A model generated the notes under the pieces. That model had not been told where the DNA came from and did no database searches. It was given only the letters and a program-made list of their open reading frames with translations. Shown here piece by piece: positions 37,225 to 46,622 of a stretch of 64,000 nucleotides of DNA. A program made the translations under genes and the position numbers. Numbering within the stretch: position 1 is the stretch's first letter; each line of letters begins with the position of its first letter. The stretch comes from an uncultured Actinomycetes bacterium (lineage in GTDB: Bacteria > Actinomycetota > UBA4738 > HRBIN12): contig OY969934.1 of NCBI GenBank assembly GCA_963704725.1, positions 1,952,001 to 2,016,000 on the forward strand, given 5' to 3'.

Positions 37225-39458
37225 GCCCAGGGCGACCTCGGCTCCTGGTGGCGCTGGTCGTGGCCGCCGCCTCGGGCGCCTCGCTGTCGCTGTCCCTGCC
37301 GCCGGCGTCGCTGTGGCCGCTGGCCTACGTCGCGCCGATCCCCCTGCTGTGGCTCGTGCGCGGGGCGCGTCCCCGTCGGGGGGCCGCCGTCGGTCTCGTG
37401 TTCGGGCTGGCCTACTTCGGGGCGGTGCTGTACTGGATCCTGCTGTTCGGGGAACTCGGCTTCGCCGCTCTCGTGCTGGCCTCCGGGGTCTTCGTGGCGG
37501 CGTTCGGGGCGCTGGCGCCGGCGGTGTGGCGTCCGGACCACCCCGTGCTCTCGACGCTGGGTCTGGCCGGCCTCTGGACGATCCTGGAGTGGGTCCGCGG
37601 GGCGTTCCCGCTCGGGGGGTTCGCCTGGGGCCAGCTCGGCGTGACCCAGGTGGACGCGCCGAGCCTGCGACTGGCCTCGGTAGCGGGAGGGTGGGGCCTG
37701 TCCTTCCTCGTGCTGACGATCGCCGGCCTCCTGCTGTTGGCGATCGAGCGGCGGGGGAGGGGAGCGGTCCGGAGCCTCGGGTATCTCGCCGCGGCGACCA
37801 CCATGGCGCTCGCACCCGCGCTCATCCCGATCCTGGAGCCCAACGGGCGCACGCTCGACGTCGCCACGGTCCAGGTGGACGTGGCGAGCGTCCAGGACCT
37901 GGGGGGCGTGGTCGAGGACATCGCGGTGGCGCGTCTGAACGAGGACCTGCACCGCACGCTCCGGCCGGACCCGCCGGATCTCGTCGTGTGGGGCGAGGGG
38001 GCGCTCGATCCCGGCGCCCTGGCGGACCCCGTCTCGGCGGCCGAGGTCCGCGGCGCGATCGCCGCCGTCGGAGCGCCGACCGTGGCCGGGGCGGTCGTGA
38101 ACGACGCCAACGGCTCGCAGCACACGTCGACGCTGGCGTTCGACGGGACGGGCCGGATCGTGGATCGGTACGACAAGGTGCACCTGGTGCCGTTCGGCGA
38201 GTACGTGCCGTGGCGGGGGGTGCTGGAGCGGTTCGTGAAGGCCGTGGACCAGGTCCCGATCGACCGAGTGCCGGGGCCCGACGTGCGGGATCTCCGGGTG
38301 CCGGGACTGCCGGTGTTCGGCACGCCGATCTGCTACGAGAACAGCTTCCCCTCGATCGACCGTGCCATGGTGCGAGCGGGGGCGGCCTTCCTCGTGGTGA
38401 CGATCAACAACGCCTCGTACGGCCGGACCGCCGCCTCGGAGCAGCACCTCCAGATGAGCCGGCTCCGCGCGGTCGAGGACGGCCGCTGGGTCGTCCACGC
38501 CGGTGTGTCGGGGATCAGCGCCTTCATCGACCCCGCCGGCCGCGTCGTCGCGCGCCGGGGCCTGTTCGAGCCCGCCGTGATGCGAACGGTCATCCGAGGA
38601 TCGGACCGCACGACGCCGTACGTCCGGTTCGGGGACTGGGTGCCGTGGGGGAGCCTCGCCTTCGTCCTCGTCCTGCTCGCGCGGCCCCGCGGGCGCGCCC
38701 GCCGTGCCGAGGTCCCCCGGCCCCTGCCGGAGAACGCACGCATCCTGGTCGTCCTGCCCACGTACGACGAGCGGGAGACGATCGGCGAGGTGCTGGACGG
38801 GCTCCTGGCGCTCCCGCACCGGATCGACGCCCTCGTGGTCGACGACGGCTCGCCGGACGGGACGGGGCAGGTCGTGCGGGCCCGAGCCGAGGCCGATCCC
38901 CGGATCCGTCTCGTGGAGCGCCCCTCCAAGTCCGGACTGGCCAGCGCGTACGCCGTCGGCTTCCGGACGGGGCTCGAGGAGGGCTACGACCTGATCGTGG
39001 AGATGGACTCGGACCTGTCGCACCGGCCGTCGGAGCTCCCTCGGTTGCTCGAAGCGGCAACGGGGCACGATCTGGTGGTCGGGAGCCGGTACGTGCCCGG
39101 CGGGTCGGTCAGCGACTGGAGCCGGCCCCGCGTCGCCCTGTCCAAGGGAGGGAACGCCTACGCCCGTCTGTGCCTGGGGTTCGGGGTCCGGGACGCGACG
39201 AGCGGCTTTCGGGTGTACCGGCGCGAGACCCTGGAGACGATCACGGCGACGCCGGTCCGCTCGGACGGGTACGGGTTCCAGATCGAGCTCGTCCTGCGGA
39301 CGTGGAACGCCGGATTCTCGATCGGCGAGGCGCCCATCACGTTCAGCGAACGCGCGCACGGCCAGTCCAAGATCAGCCGGCGCATCGTGGTCGAGGCCCT
39401 GGCTCTCGTCGCGCTGTGGGGTGTTCGAGCCCGCCTGGCGCCCCGCCACCGAGACTGA
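37221..39458 (+). CDS. lnt: Apolipoprotein N-acyltransferase fused to polyprenol-monophosphomannose synthase (Lnt-Ppm1)
   Basis: TM region, WGEGA, YDKVHLVPFGEYVP, ICYE; then VVLPTYDE, VDDGSPDGT, MDSDLSH, DATSGFR; start uncertain (CTG 37221 or GTG 37248). Confidence 0.92.
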   Translation: MSPGRPRLLVALVVAAASGASLSLSLPPASLWPLAYVAPIPLLWLVRGARPRRGAAVGLVFGLAYFGAVLYWILLFGELGFAALVLASGVFVAAFGALAPAVWRPDHPVLSTLGLAGLWTILEWVRGAFPLGGFAWGQLGVTQVDAPSLRLASVAGGWGLSFLVLTIAGLLLLAIERRGRGAVRSLGYLAAATTMALAPALIPILEPNGRTLDVATVQVDVASVQDLGGVVEDIAVARLNEDLHRTLRPDPPDLVVWGEGALDPGALADPVSAAEVRGAIAAVGAPTVAGAVVNDANGSQHTSTLAFDGTGRIVDRYDKVHLVPFGEYVPWRGVLERFVKAVDQVPIDRVPGPDVRDLRVPGLPVFGTPICYENSFPSIDRAMVRAGAAFLVVTINNASYGRTAASEQHLQMSRLRAVEDGRWVVHAGVSGISAFIDPAGRVVARRGLFEPAVMRTVIRGSDRTTPYVRFGDWVPWGSLAFVLVLLARPRGRARRAEVPRPLPENARILVVLPTYDERETIGEVLDGLLALPHRIDALVVDDGSPDGTGQVVRARAEADPRIRLVERPSKSGLASAYAVGFRTGLEEGYDLIVEMDSDLSHRPSELPRLLEAATGHDLVVGSRYVPGGSVSDWSRPRVALSKGGNAYARLCLGFGVRDATSGFRVYRRETLETITATPVRSDGYGFQIELVLRTWNAGFSIGEAPITFSERAHGQSKISRRIVVEALALVALWGVRARLAPRHRD

Positions 39459-39529
39459 CCTTCGCCCGCTCGACCCCTTCCCGTGAGGGGCGAACCCCAG
39501 GGGCGGAACGCCGAGAATGTACGTTATGG

Positions 39530-39780
39530 AAAGTTGGGTGGCGACAAAGCCCCTACAGCTCCTCTCCCACCCCAAACACCCAAACCCTCACCCGGGCCGC
39601 AGGCCTACCGCCGTGACGGATCTAAGACGAAGGACGTGCCGGGGCCGGAGCCCTTCGGCGGATGGCGTCCCCCGGGCGCGCTACGTACACTCGGCCGAGA
39701 CGTCCGGGCGAGGGGGCTCGGGAGCGGCAACCAGGTCGGGAGGACCCATCGAGGCCCCGGTTCGCGCCGGGGCCTCGGCA
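39530..39780 (+). ncRNA. Candidate ~250-nt structured RNA (Ms1/6S-like architecture)
   Basis: Gap between convergent genes with no credible CDS; TACGTT -10 at 39520-39525; nested long-range stems; terminal hairpin. Confidence 0.45.
39750..39777. terminator. 11-bp hairpin, probable bidirectional terminator
   Basis: CGAGGCCCCGG-TTCGCG-CCGGGGCCTCG just downstream of gcvPB stop. Confidence 0.65.
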
Positions 39781-39793
39781 CGTCTCGGCCCCG

Positions 39794-41299
39794 TCACCAT
39801 CGGAGCTTCAGATGGCGCGCCGCCCGAGCCTCGTCCAGGCGACGGACCGGGGTGGTCACCGGCGCGTCGTGGAGGAGGTCCGGGTCGTCGTGCGCCTCGC
39901 GGTGGGCCCGGCGGAGCGCCTCGGCGAAGCCGTCCAACGCCTCGCGGGTCTCCGTCTCCGTGGGCTCCACCATCATGGCCTCCTCCACGACGAGCGGGAA
40001 GTACACCGTGGAGGGGTGGTACCCGAGGTCGATCACCCGCTTCGCCACGTCCATGGCCCGGATGCCGGTCTCCTCCCGCAGGGGGCGGGCGGTCGCGACG
40101 AACTCGTGCATCGGCCGGCCCCCGGGGTGCTCCAAGGGGAAGAGATCGCGGACGCGTGAGGCCAGGTAGTTGGCGTTCAGCACCGAGAGCTCGGCAACCT
40201 CCTTCAGCCCGTCGCGGCCGTGCAGGAACACGTACGCGTAGGCGCGCACGAGAACGGCGAAGTTTCCGAGGAAGCCGTGCATCCGCCCGATCGAGTCCGG
40301 CTCGTCCGCGTTCAGGTGGAAGGCGCCGGCCGCGTCCCGCTCCACCCGGGGAACGGGGAGGAAGGGGACGAGGGCCTCGGTCACCCCGACCGGCCCGGCG
40401 CCCGGCCCTCCCCCACCGTGCGGCGTGGCGAACGTCTTGTGCGTGTTGATGTGGACGATGTCGAACCCCATGTCCCCCGGTCGGCACCGCCCGAGGATGG
40501 CGTTCAGGTTCGCGCCGTCGTAGTAGACGAGCCCGCCGACCCCGTGGATCACCTCGGTCACGCGCTCGATCTCCTCCTCGAACAGGCCCAGGGTGTTGGG
40601 GTTCGTGAGCATGAGCCCGGCGACGTCCTCGTCCACCAGCTTCTCGAGGGCGCTCACGTCCACGAGTCCTCGCTCGTCGCTCGGGACGTGCACGGCCTCG
40701 TAGCCGGCCAGGCGGACGCTCGCGGGGTTCGTCCCGTGCGCCGAGTCCGGGATGGCCACCTTGGTCCGCGTGTTTCCGGCCTTCGCGTGATGCGCCCGCA
40801 TGATGAGGAGGCCGGTGAGCTCGCCGCACGCCCCGGCGGGGGGCTGCAGCGTGGCCCGGGACATCCCAGTGATCTCGCACAGGGCGCGCTCCAGTCGCCA
40901 CAGGAGCTCGAGGGCCCCCTGCGCCGTCGACTCCGGCTGCCGCGGGTGCAGGCGCTGGAACCCGGGGAGCTGGGCCACCGACTCCGCGATCTTCGGGTTG
41001 TACTTCATCGAGCAGGACCCGAGCGGATACACACCGGTGTCGACGCCGTAGTTCAGCTGGGACAGGCGGGTGTAGTGGGTGACGAGATCCCGCTCCGCGA
41101 CCTCGGGGAGCCCGGGACGGCCGGCGCGGGCGTGGGTCTCGGGGATCGGTGCCTCCGGCACGTCGAGCGCCGGCAGGCTGAACGCGCCGCGCCCAGGCCG
41201 CGACAGGTCGGCGATCGTCCCCCACCGCTCCGCGGGGCCCTGCGTCCGAACGGGCGCGCCGGCACGGGCCGCGGGGGCGGGCGATCCGTCGTCGGTCAC
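39794..41299 (-). CDS. gcvPB: Glycine dehydrogenase subunit 2
   Basis: YPLGSCSMKYNPK, SAHGTNPAS, HINTHKTFATPHGGGGPG, MVEPTETE. Confidence 0.96.
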   Translation of the reverse strand: MTDDGSPAPAARAGAPVRTQGPAERWGTIADLSRPGRGAFSLPALDVPEAPIPETHARAGRPGLPEVAERDLVTHYTRLSQLNYGVDTGVYPLGSCSMKYNPKIAESVAQLPGFQRLHPRQPESTAQGALELLWRLERALCEITGMSRATLQPPAGACGELTGLLIMRAHHAKAGNTRTKVAIPDSAHGTNPASVRLAGYEAVHVPSDERGLVDVSALEKLVDEDVAGLMLTNPNTLGLFEEEIERVTEVIHGVGGLVYYDGANLNAILGRCRPGDMGFDIVHINTHKTFATPHGGGGPGAGPVGVTEALVPFLPVPRVERDAAGAFHLNADEPDSIGRMHGFLGNFAVLVRAYAYVFLHGRDGLKEVAELSVLNANYLASRVRDLFPLEHPGGRPMHEFVATARPLREETGIRAMDVAKRVIDLGYHPSTVYFPLVVEEAMMVEPTETETREALDGFAEALRRAHREAHDDPDLLHDAPVTTPVRRLDEARAARHLKLRW

Positions 41300-42615
41300 G
41301 CCAGCACCTCCTTCAGCGCCAGCGCCAGGCCGTCGATCTCCTCACGGGTCCGCCGCTCGGTCACGGCGACGAGCAGGGCGTGCCCGGCGGCGTCGGGGAG
41401 CGGGACGCCGCCCAGGTACCCCCGGTCGACCAGTGCGCCGAGCACCTCCTCCGCCGCCCGCGGCAGGCGGAGCGGGAACTCCTTGAAGAACGGGTTGCCG
41501 GGGAACAGCGGCTCCACGCCGGGGACCTCGGTGAGTCGCTCGGCGGCGTACGCGGCCTTCGCGGCGCACTGCCGACCGAGCTCCGCCAGCCCTTCCGGTC
41601 CCAGCCACCCCAGGTACACCGTGGCGGCGATGGCCATGAGCGTCTGGTTCGTGCAGATGTTGCTCGTCGCCTTCTCCCGGCGGATGTGCTGCTCCCGCGC
41701 CTGGAGGGTGAGCACGTAGCCGGTGCGCCCGTCGACGTCGCGGGTCTCCCCCACGATGCGACCCGGCAGGCGCCGCACGTCCTCGAGCCGCGCCGCGATC
41801 ACGCCGAGGTACGGGCCCCCGAAGTTCAGGTGGTTCCCGAGCGGCTGACCCTCGGCCACGGCGATGTCGGCGGACAGGTCTCCGGGCGGCGCAAGCACGC
41901 CCAGTGAGAGCGGGTCGAAGACCTGGATGGCCCGGGCGCCGCCGGCGTGGGCCAGGCCGAACAGCTCCCGGGCCGGCTCGAGCAGGCCGTACGCGTTGGG
42001 GTGCTGGACGATCACGCAGGCGACGTCGTCGCTCACCTCGGGTTCGCCCCCACGCCCGTCGCGGCCGGGGAAGAGCTCGGGTACGTACCCCGCTCCCCTG
42101 CCGTAGGTGCGGAGCGTCTCGACGTAGCGCGGATCCACGCCCGCGCTCACCAGGACCCGGTCACGGCCGGGGGCCGAACGCGCCAGGTTCACCGCCTCGG
42201 CCAGCGCCGTGGCGCCGTCGTAGAGCGAGGCGTTGGAGACCTCGAGGCCGGTGAGCTCGCAGATCATCGACTGATACTCGAACAGGGCCTGGAGCACACC
42301 CTGCGACAGCTCCGGCTGGTACGGGGTGTACGACGTGTAGAACTCGGAGCGTGCGGCCAGGGCCCAGACCACGGCCGGCACGTAGTGGTCGTACGCGCCG
42401 CCGCCGGCGAAGCACACCAGGTCGGAGCGGTTCCGCCCGGCGAGCGCGGAGAGTTGCGCGAGGATCTCCATCTCGGAGACGCCCTCGGGGAGGTCGAGCG
42501 GACGATCGAGCCGGACGGCCGCCGGGATCTGATCGAACAGGTCGTCCACGGCGCCGAGGCCGATCGCCCCGAGCATCTCGCGGACGTCGTCCTCGGTATG
42601 TGGCGCGAACCTCAT
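41296..42615 (-). CDS. gcvPA: Glycine dehydrogenase subunit 1
   Basis: YTSYTPYQPELSQG, NASLYDG, REQHIRREKATSNICTNQ. Confidence 0.96.
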   Translation of the reverse strand: MRFAPHTEDDVREMLGAIGLGAVDDLFDQIPAAVRLDRPLDLPEGVSEMEILAQLSALAGRNRSDLVCFAGGGAYDHYVPAVVWALAARSEFYTSYTPYQPELSQGVLQALFEYQSMICELTGLEVSNASLYDGATALAEAVNLARSAPGRDRVLVSAGVDPRYVETLRTYGRGAGYVPELFPGRDGRGGEPEVSDDVACVIVQHPNAYGLLEPARELFGLAHAGGARAIQVFDPLSLGVLAPPGDLSADIAVAEGQPLGNHLNFGGPYLGVIAARLEDVRRLPGRIVGETRDVDGRTGYVLTLQAREQHIRREKATSNICTNQTLMAIAATVYLGWLGPEGLAELGRQCAAKAAYAAERLTEVPGVEPLFPGNPFFKEFPLRLPRAAEEVLGALVDRGYLGGVPLPDAAGHALLVAVTERRTREEIDGLALALKEVLA

Positions 42616-42670
42616 CCCGGCGGGTCAGTCTAGCCAGTTCCCGCCGAGGGCTCGGACATCGACCGACGGG

Positions 42671-43045
42671 CTAGCCGGAGACGTCCTCGAGGCCGTACTT
42701 CGAGACCAGGGACAGGTAGTCGCGCTGGTAGAAGATCTTGCAGTTGACGCCGGGATAGAGCTCGCGCAGCCGGCGGACCTTCCGATTCTTCTTGGTCACG
42801 AGCTTCTGGTTGAGCGTGGTGATCTCGATGTAGAGGTCGTACTGGGGAAGGTAGAAGTCGGGGGTGAAGCGCTGCACGACGTTGCCCTGCTTGTCCCACT
42901 CGAGGTCGAACGAGTGCGGCTCGTAGTCCCACTCGATCTGATAGAAGTCGAGGAGCTGCGCGAACTGCCGCTCGCTCGCGTGTGCGAAGCGGACGGTGTC
43001 GCTCTTGAGGTCCGGCGGAACGGTCGCTGCCGCGCTCTCGGTCAC
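42671..43045 (-). CDS. Small protein with PD-(D/E)XK-like fold
   Basis: SERQFA..WDYEP..F..FTPDFYL..LYIEITT; GTGA overlap with MerR gene. Confidence 0.7.
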   Translation of the reverse strand: MTESAAATVPPDLKSDTVRFAHASERQFAQLLDFYQIEWDYEPHSFDLEWDKQGNVVQRFTPDFYLPQYDLYIEITTLNQKLVTKKNRKVRRLRELYPGVNCKIFYQRDYLSLVSKYGLEDVSG

Positions 43046-43491
43046 GCGCCTCCCGCCGCGCCGGCGCCGCGGCCCTTCTTCCGGCCGCTCTTGGCCAGAC
43101 TTCCCTCGAGATCGGTCCATACCTTGTCCACGGCGATCGCGAACACCCCCTGCCCGCTCGCCAACAGGTCGACGACCGCCTCGGGGGACTCCACCTGGTA
43201 GATACGGTTTCCGTCCGATACCAGGGTCGTCCCTAGCGCGGGCTCCTTGAGCTCCTTCAGGGTGCTCATCGCCCGCCGGATCTGCTGGAGGTTGACCCCG
43301 CTGTCCAGCATCCGCTTGATCAGCTTCAGCGTGGCCAGGTCCTGGAAGGAGTAGAGCCGTTGGGTGCCCGATCCCTGCGCGTCCCTCACGGACGGTCGGA
43401 CAAGGCCGGTCCGGGCCCAGTAATCGAGCTGGCGGTAGCTGATCCCGACGATCTTCGTGACCTCGGGGACGCGGTATCCGTGCTCGGTCAT
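43042..43491 (-). CDS. MerR family regulator (Rv1830-like)
   Basis: GISYRQLDYWARTGLVRPS..GSGTQRLYSF, GQGVFAIA. Confidence 0.92.
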   Translation of the reverse strand: MTEHGYRVPEVTKIVGISYRQLDYWARTGLVRPSVRDAQGSGTQRLYSFQDLATLKLIKRMLDSGVNLQQIRRAMSTLKELKEPALGTTLVSDGNRIYQVESPEAVVDLLASGQGVFAIAVDKVWTDLEGSLAKSGRKKGRGAGAAGGA

Positions 43492-43499
43492 GACAGCTC

Positions 43500-43550
43500 C
43501 GTAATTACGCGGTTGGTCCTCAGGCTAGGGGGCCCTCGGGACCGTGTCAA
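43500..43550 (-). promoter_or_regulatory. Promoter TTGACA-N17-TAGCCT with downstream palindrome CGTAATTACG
   Basis: Minus-strand -35 at 43545-43550, -10 at 43522-43527; 10-bp palindrome 43500-43509. Confidence 0.65.
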
Positions 43551-43642
43551 TCATCCCGCCGGGGTTCCCCGTCAGGGCAACTGACGGGCCCGCGAACGAG
43601 GGTCTAGGGTGCGGCGAACGTTCTGCACGGAGGGGGTCCGGC

Positions 43643-44122
43643 ATGCCCGTACGTTCGTCTGTCCGCCGCAGGGCGGTCTCGCTGGCCGTCGTCGCCATGA
43701 TCGCCCTCGGGCTGCTCCTCGCCCCGCCGGCGAGCGCCGGTCAGGGGTACCGGTCCACGATGCTCCATCTCGTCAACGATGCGCGGGCGCGGCACGACCT
43801 GCGCGCCGTGAAGCTCCGCGTCTCCCTGTCGAGGCGTGCGAGCCGGCACACGCGCCTGATGATCCGTCGCGATCGGGTGTTCGACCCCCCGAACCTGCAG
43901 CAGATCCTCGCCCCCTACGAGTGGACGCACGTCGGCGCCGCGGTGGTCGGATGTCGAGGGACGCTTCGAGGGCTGCACCGGGCGCTCATGAACTCGACCG
44001 TCCACCGGGGGATCCTTCTGAACCCGGACGTCCGGCGCATCGGCATCGGGGTGGTCAGGAGCCGGGAGCGCACCGTGTGCGGGCGGAACGCGTTCTGGGC
44101 GACCGAGATCCTGTACGGGTGA
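43643..44122 (+). CDS. Secreted CAP (SCP) domain protein
   Basis: Signal peptide, LVNDARARHDL, LMNSTVHRGILLNP..RIGIGV; GGAGG SD. Confidence 0.8.
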   Translation: MPVRSSVRRRAVSLAVVAMIALGLLLAPPASAGQGYRSTMLHLVNDARARHDLRAVKLRVSLSRRASRHTRLMIRRDRVFDPPNLQQILAPYEWTHVGAAVVGCRGTLRGLHRALMNSTVHRGILLNPDVRRIGIGVVRSRERTVCGRNAFWATEILYG

Positions 44123-44150
44123 CCTGAGCCCGTCCCCCGAGGTCGGCTCC

Positions 44151-44630
44151 CTACTGGAAGTCCTCGGGATTGACGTTCTCGAGGAACTCGCGGAATTTCT
44201 CGACCTCCTCCTCCTCCCCTTCTTCGTTGGGGATGAGGATCGAGGCCTCGGTGAGGACCTCCTCGTTCGCGAAGATCTTGCAACCGAGCCGCACCGCCAG
44301 GGCGATGGCGTCCGAGGGTCGCGACGAGACCTCGTATGAGCTCCCGTTGCGCTGCATGTTGATCACCGCGTAGAACGTCCCGTCACGGAGCTCGGTGATG
44401 ACGATGCTGTCCACGTGCACCGCCATCTCCTCGAGGATGTTCTTCAGGAGGTCGTGCGTCATCGGGCGCGGCGTGACGACGCCCTGCAGCGCGATCGCGA
44501 TCGCCGCGGCCTCCGGCTGGCCGATCCAGATCGGCAGGAACCGCTCGCCGGACGCCTCGCGAAGCAGCACGATGGGTGAGTTCGTCGGGAGCTCGATCCG
44601 GACGCCGGCGAGCGTCATCTCGATCAACAT
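44151..44630 (-). CDS. Bifunctional nuclease family protein (DUF151)
   Basis: PIVLLRE..RFLPIWIG..EA, PRPMTHDL, SRPSDAIALA, FREFLENVNPEDF. Confidence 0.92.
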   Translation of the reverse strand: MLIEMTLAGVRIELPTNSPIVLLREASGERFLPIWIGQPEAAAIAIALQGVVTPRPMTHDLLKNILEEMAVHVDSIVITELRDGTFYAVINMQRNGSSYEVSSRPSDAIALAVRLGCKIFANEEVLTEASILIPNEEGEEEEVEKFREFLENVNPEDFQ

Positions 44631-44674
44631 GGCAACGGCAGCGACCGTACACCCGCCCCCAGAGCTCCGGCAAC

Positions 44675-45262
44675 CTAGCCCGGTGCCGCACCGCCGGGCA
44701 GGTGATCGAGCAGCGCGTCGGGGTCCTGCTCGAGAGCCGAAAAGTCTTGCACGGCAAGGAGATCGGGGATATTCCGATACCGTTCGTGGAAGTCGAGACC
44801 GTACCCGACGACGAACACGTCCGGGCACTCGAAGCCGCGATAGCGGATCTCGAGCGGCGCGATGCGCCGAACGGTCTTGTCGAGCAGCGCGCACACCTGC
44901 ACCGAGGCCGGCTCGCGCGACTCGAGGACCGAGATCAGGTACCCCAGGGTGAGCCCGGTGTCGACGATGTCCTCGACGACGATCACGTCGCGACCTCCGA
45001 CGTCGTCCTCGAGGTCCTTGACGATGCGCACGCGGCCCATCGACTCGGCCGCGCCGCCGTAGCGGGAGATCGACATGTAGTCGATCGACAAGGGAAGGTC
45101 GATGGTCCTGATCAGATCCGCGAGGAACACCGATCCGCCCTTGAGGACCGAGATGAGGACGGGCGCGCGCCCCTCATAGTCCCCGGTGATGGTGCGGCCG
45201 AGCTCCTCGATCCGCCGGCGGATGTCCTCGCGCCCGAAGAGCACGGTGGCGACGTCCGACAT
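44675..45262 (-). CDS. hpt: Hypoxanthine phosphoribosyltransferase
   Basis: VLKG, VVEDIVDTGLTL, LLDK, FVVGYGLD..RYRN. Confidence 0.94.
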   Translation of the reverse strand: MSDVATVLFGREDIRRRIEELGRTITGDYEGRAPVLISVLKGGSVFLADLIRTIDLPLSIDYMSISRYGGAAESMGRVRIVKDLEDDVGGRDVIVVEDIVDTGLTLGYLISVLESREPASVQVCALLDKTVRRIAPLEIRYRGFECPDVFVVGYGLDFHERYRNIPDLLAVQDFSALEQDPDALLDHLPGGAAPG

Positions 45263-45310
45263 CCGCGGCGATGCTAGCTCTTTCGGGCCGCGATGACTTC
45301 TCGCTCGGCG

Positions 45311-46618
45311 CTAGGAGAACAGGGCGTCGACGACGCTCGTGCCGGCGTGCACGACGGCCCCGGCCGCCCGGCTCCACCACGGGCCGTCGTCCTGGAGCGG
45401 CGGGGGCGGCGGCACGTCCGTGACGACCAGGGGCACGTCCCCCAGGATCGGACCGCCCCCCGCCATCGACAGGACGACGCGTCCGACGGCCTGCCCCGGC
45501 ACGGGCGGGAAGCGGACGCCCGAGTCGACCTCGATCACCCGGCGCACGTCGGCCCGGACGGGGACGAGGCCCTCGAGGGCCGCTCCGGCCTCCACAGGGA
45601 CGGCCCGGCCGTCGATCCGGATCGTTCCGAGGGAGCGTCCGGCGTGGATCAGCACCCGTCGCTCGAAGGCGGCGAACCCGTAGTTCAGCAGCGTCGCGGC
45701 ATCGGAGAACGGTTCGCCCCGCTCCCCGAGCACCACCGCGAGCAGTCGCTCGTCGCCTCGCTCGGCGGCGGCGACGATGCAGAAGCCGGCCGCGCTCGTG
45801 AACCCCGTCTTCACGCCGATCGCGCCGGGGTAGAGCCAGAGCAGGGCGTTGCGGTTCTGGATCACCCGAGGCCCGGCGCTGGGAGCGGGGATCTCGTGCG
45901 TGCGCGTCGCGACCACCGGGCCGAATCCCGGGAGCCGGTACGCGGCGCGCGTCAGGCGGGCGAGGTCGCGAGCCGTCGAGTATCCCGAGTCGTCGAGCCC
46001 GTTCGGCGAGGCGAAGGACGTCCGGGTCATGCCGAGACGGGCGGCGGTGCGGTTCATCAGCTCGACGAACCCGTCCACGGTGCCCCCGACATGCTCGGCC
46101 AGGGCCACGGCGGCGTCGTTGGCGGATTGAAGGAGGAGGGCGAACAGGAGCTCCCGGACGCTGATCCGCTCCCCCGCCACCAGTCCGAGGCTCGAGATCC
46201 CGACCTCGCGGCCGCTCGCCGCCTCCTCGCTCACCGTCACGACGTCCGCCGGCGAGGAGCGCGACAGCACCAGGTACGCGGTCATGATCTTCGTCAGGCT
46301 GGCGATCGGCCGCTTCTCGCCGGCGCCCAGGGCGAACAGGCTCTGCCCGCTCTCCAGGTCCACGAGCACGGCCGAGGCGGCGTCGACCACCGGGGGCTCC
46401 AGGCCCTCCGGCGGAGGCGTGTGCAGGACGCCGGGGAAGGGAGACGGCGACGTGCCGCCGCCGGGGACCGGCACCGGCGTGGGCGGCGGCGGCTCGATCG
46501 ACTGGGCCGACCCGAGCGCCGGCGCGATCGCCACCGCGACGAGCGCCACCAGGACCGCGGTCGCGCCGGCGGCTCGGCGGACCCGCCGGCGCAAGACCGC
46601 GGACCCGGTCAACGACAC
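45311..46618 (-). CDS. D-alanyl-D-alanine carboxypeptidase (S11)
   Basis: SLTK, SAN, KTG motifs; signal peptide. Confidence 0.92.
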   Translation of the reverse strand: MSLTGSAVLRRRVRRAAGATAVLVALVAVAIAPALGSAQSIEPPPPTPVPVPGGGTSPSPFPGVLHTPPPEGLEPPVVDAASAVLVDLESGQSLFALGAGEKRPIASLTKIMTAYLVLSRSSPADVVTVSEEAASGREVGISSLGLVAGERISVRELLFALLLQSANDAAVALAEHVGGTVDGFVELMNRTAARLGMTRTSFASPNGLDDSGYSTARDLARLTRAAYRLPGFGPVVATRTHEIPAPSAGPRVIQNRNALLWLYPGAIGVKTGFTSAAGFCIVAAAERGDERLLAVVLGERGEPFSDAATLLNYGFAAFERRVLIHAGRSLGTIRIDGRAVPVEAGAALEGLVPVRADVRRVIEVDSGVRFPPVPGQAVGRVVLSMAGGGPILGDVPLVVTDVPPPPPLQDDGPWWSRAAGAVVHAGTSVVDALFS

Positions 46619-46622
46619 CCGC

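Noticed and set aside
43560-43640. c-di-GMP-I-like riboswitch upstream of the CAP gene
   Set aside because: A CCGTCAG-GGCAA-CTGACGG hairpin is present, but the GGCAAA and GACGCAAAG consensus elements are degenerate or missing.
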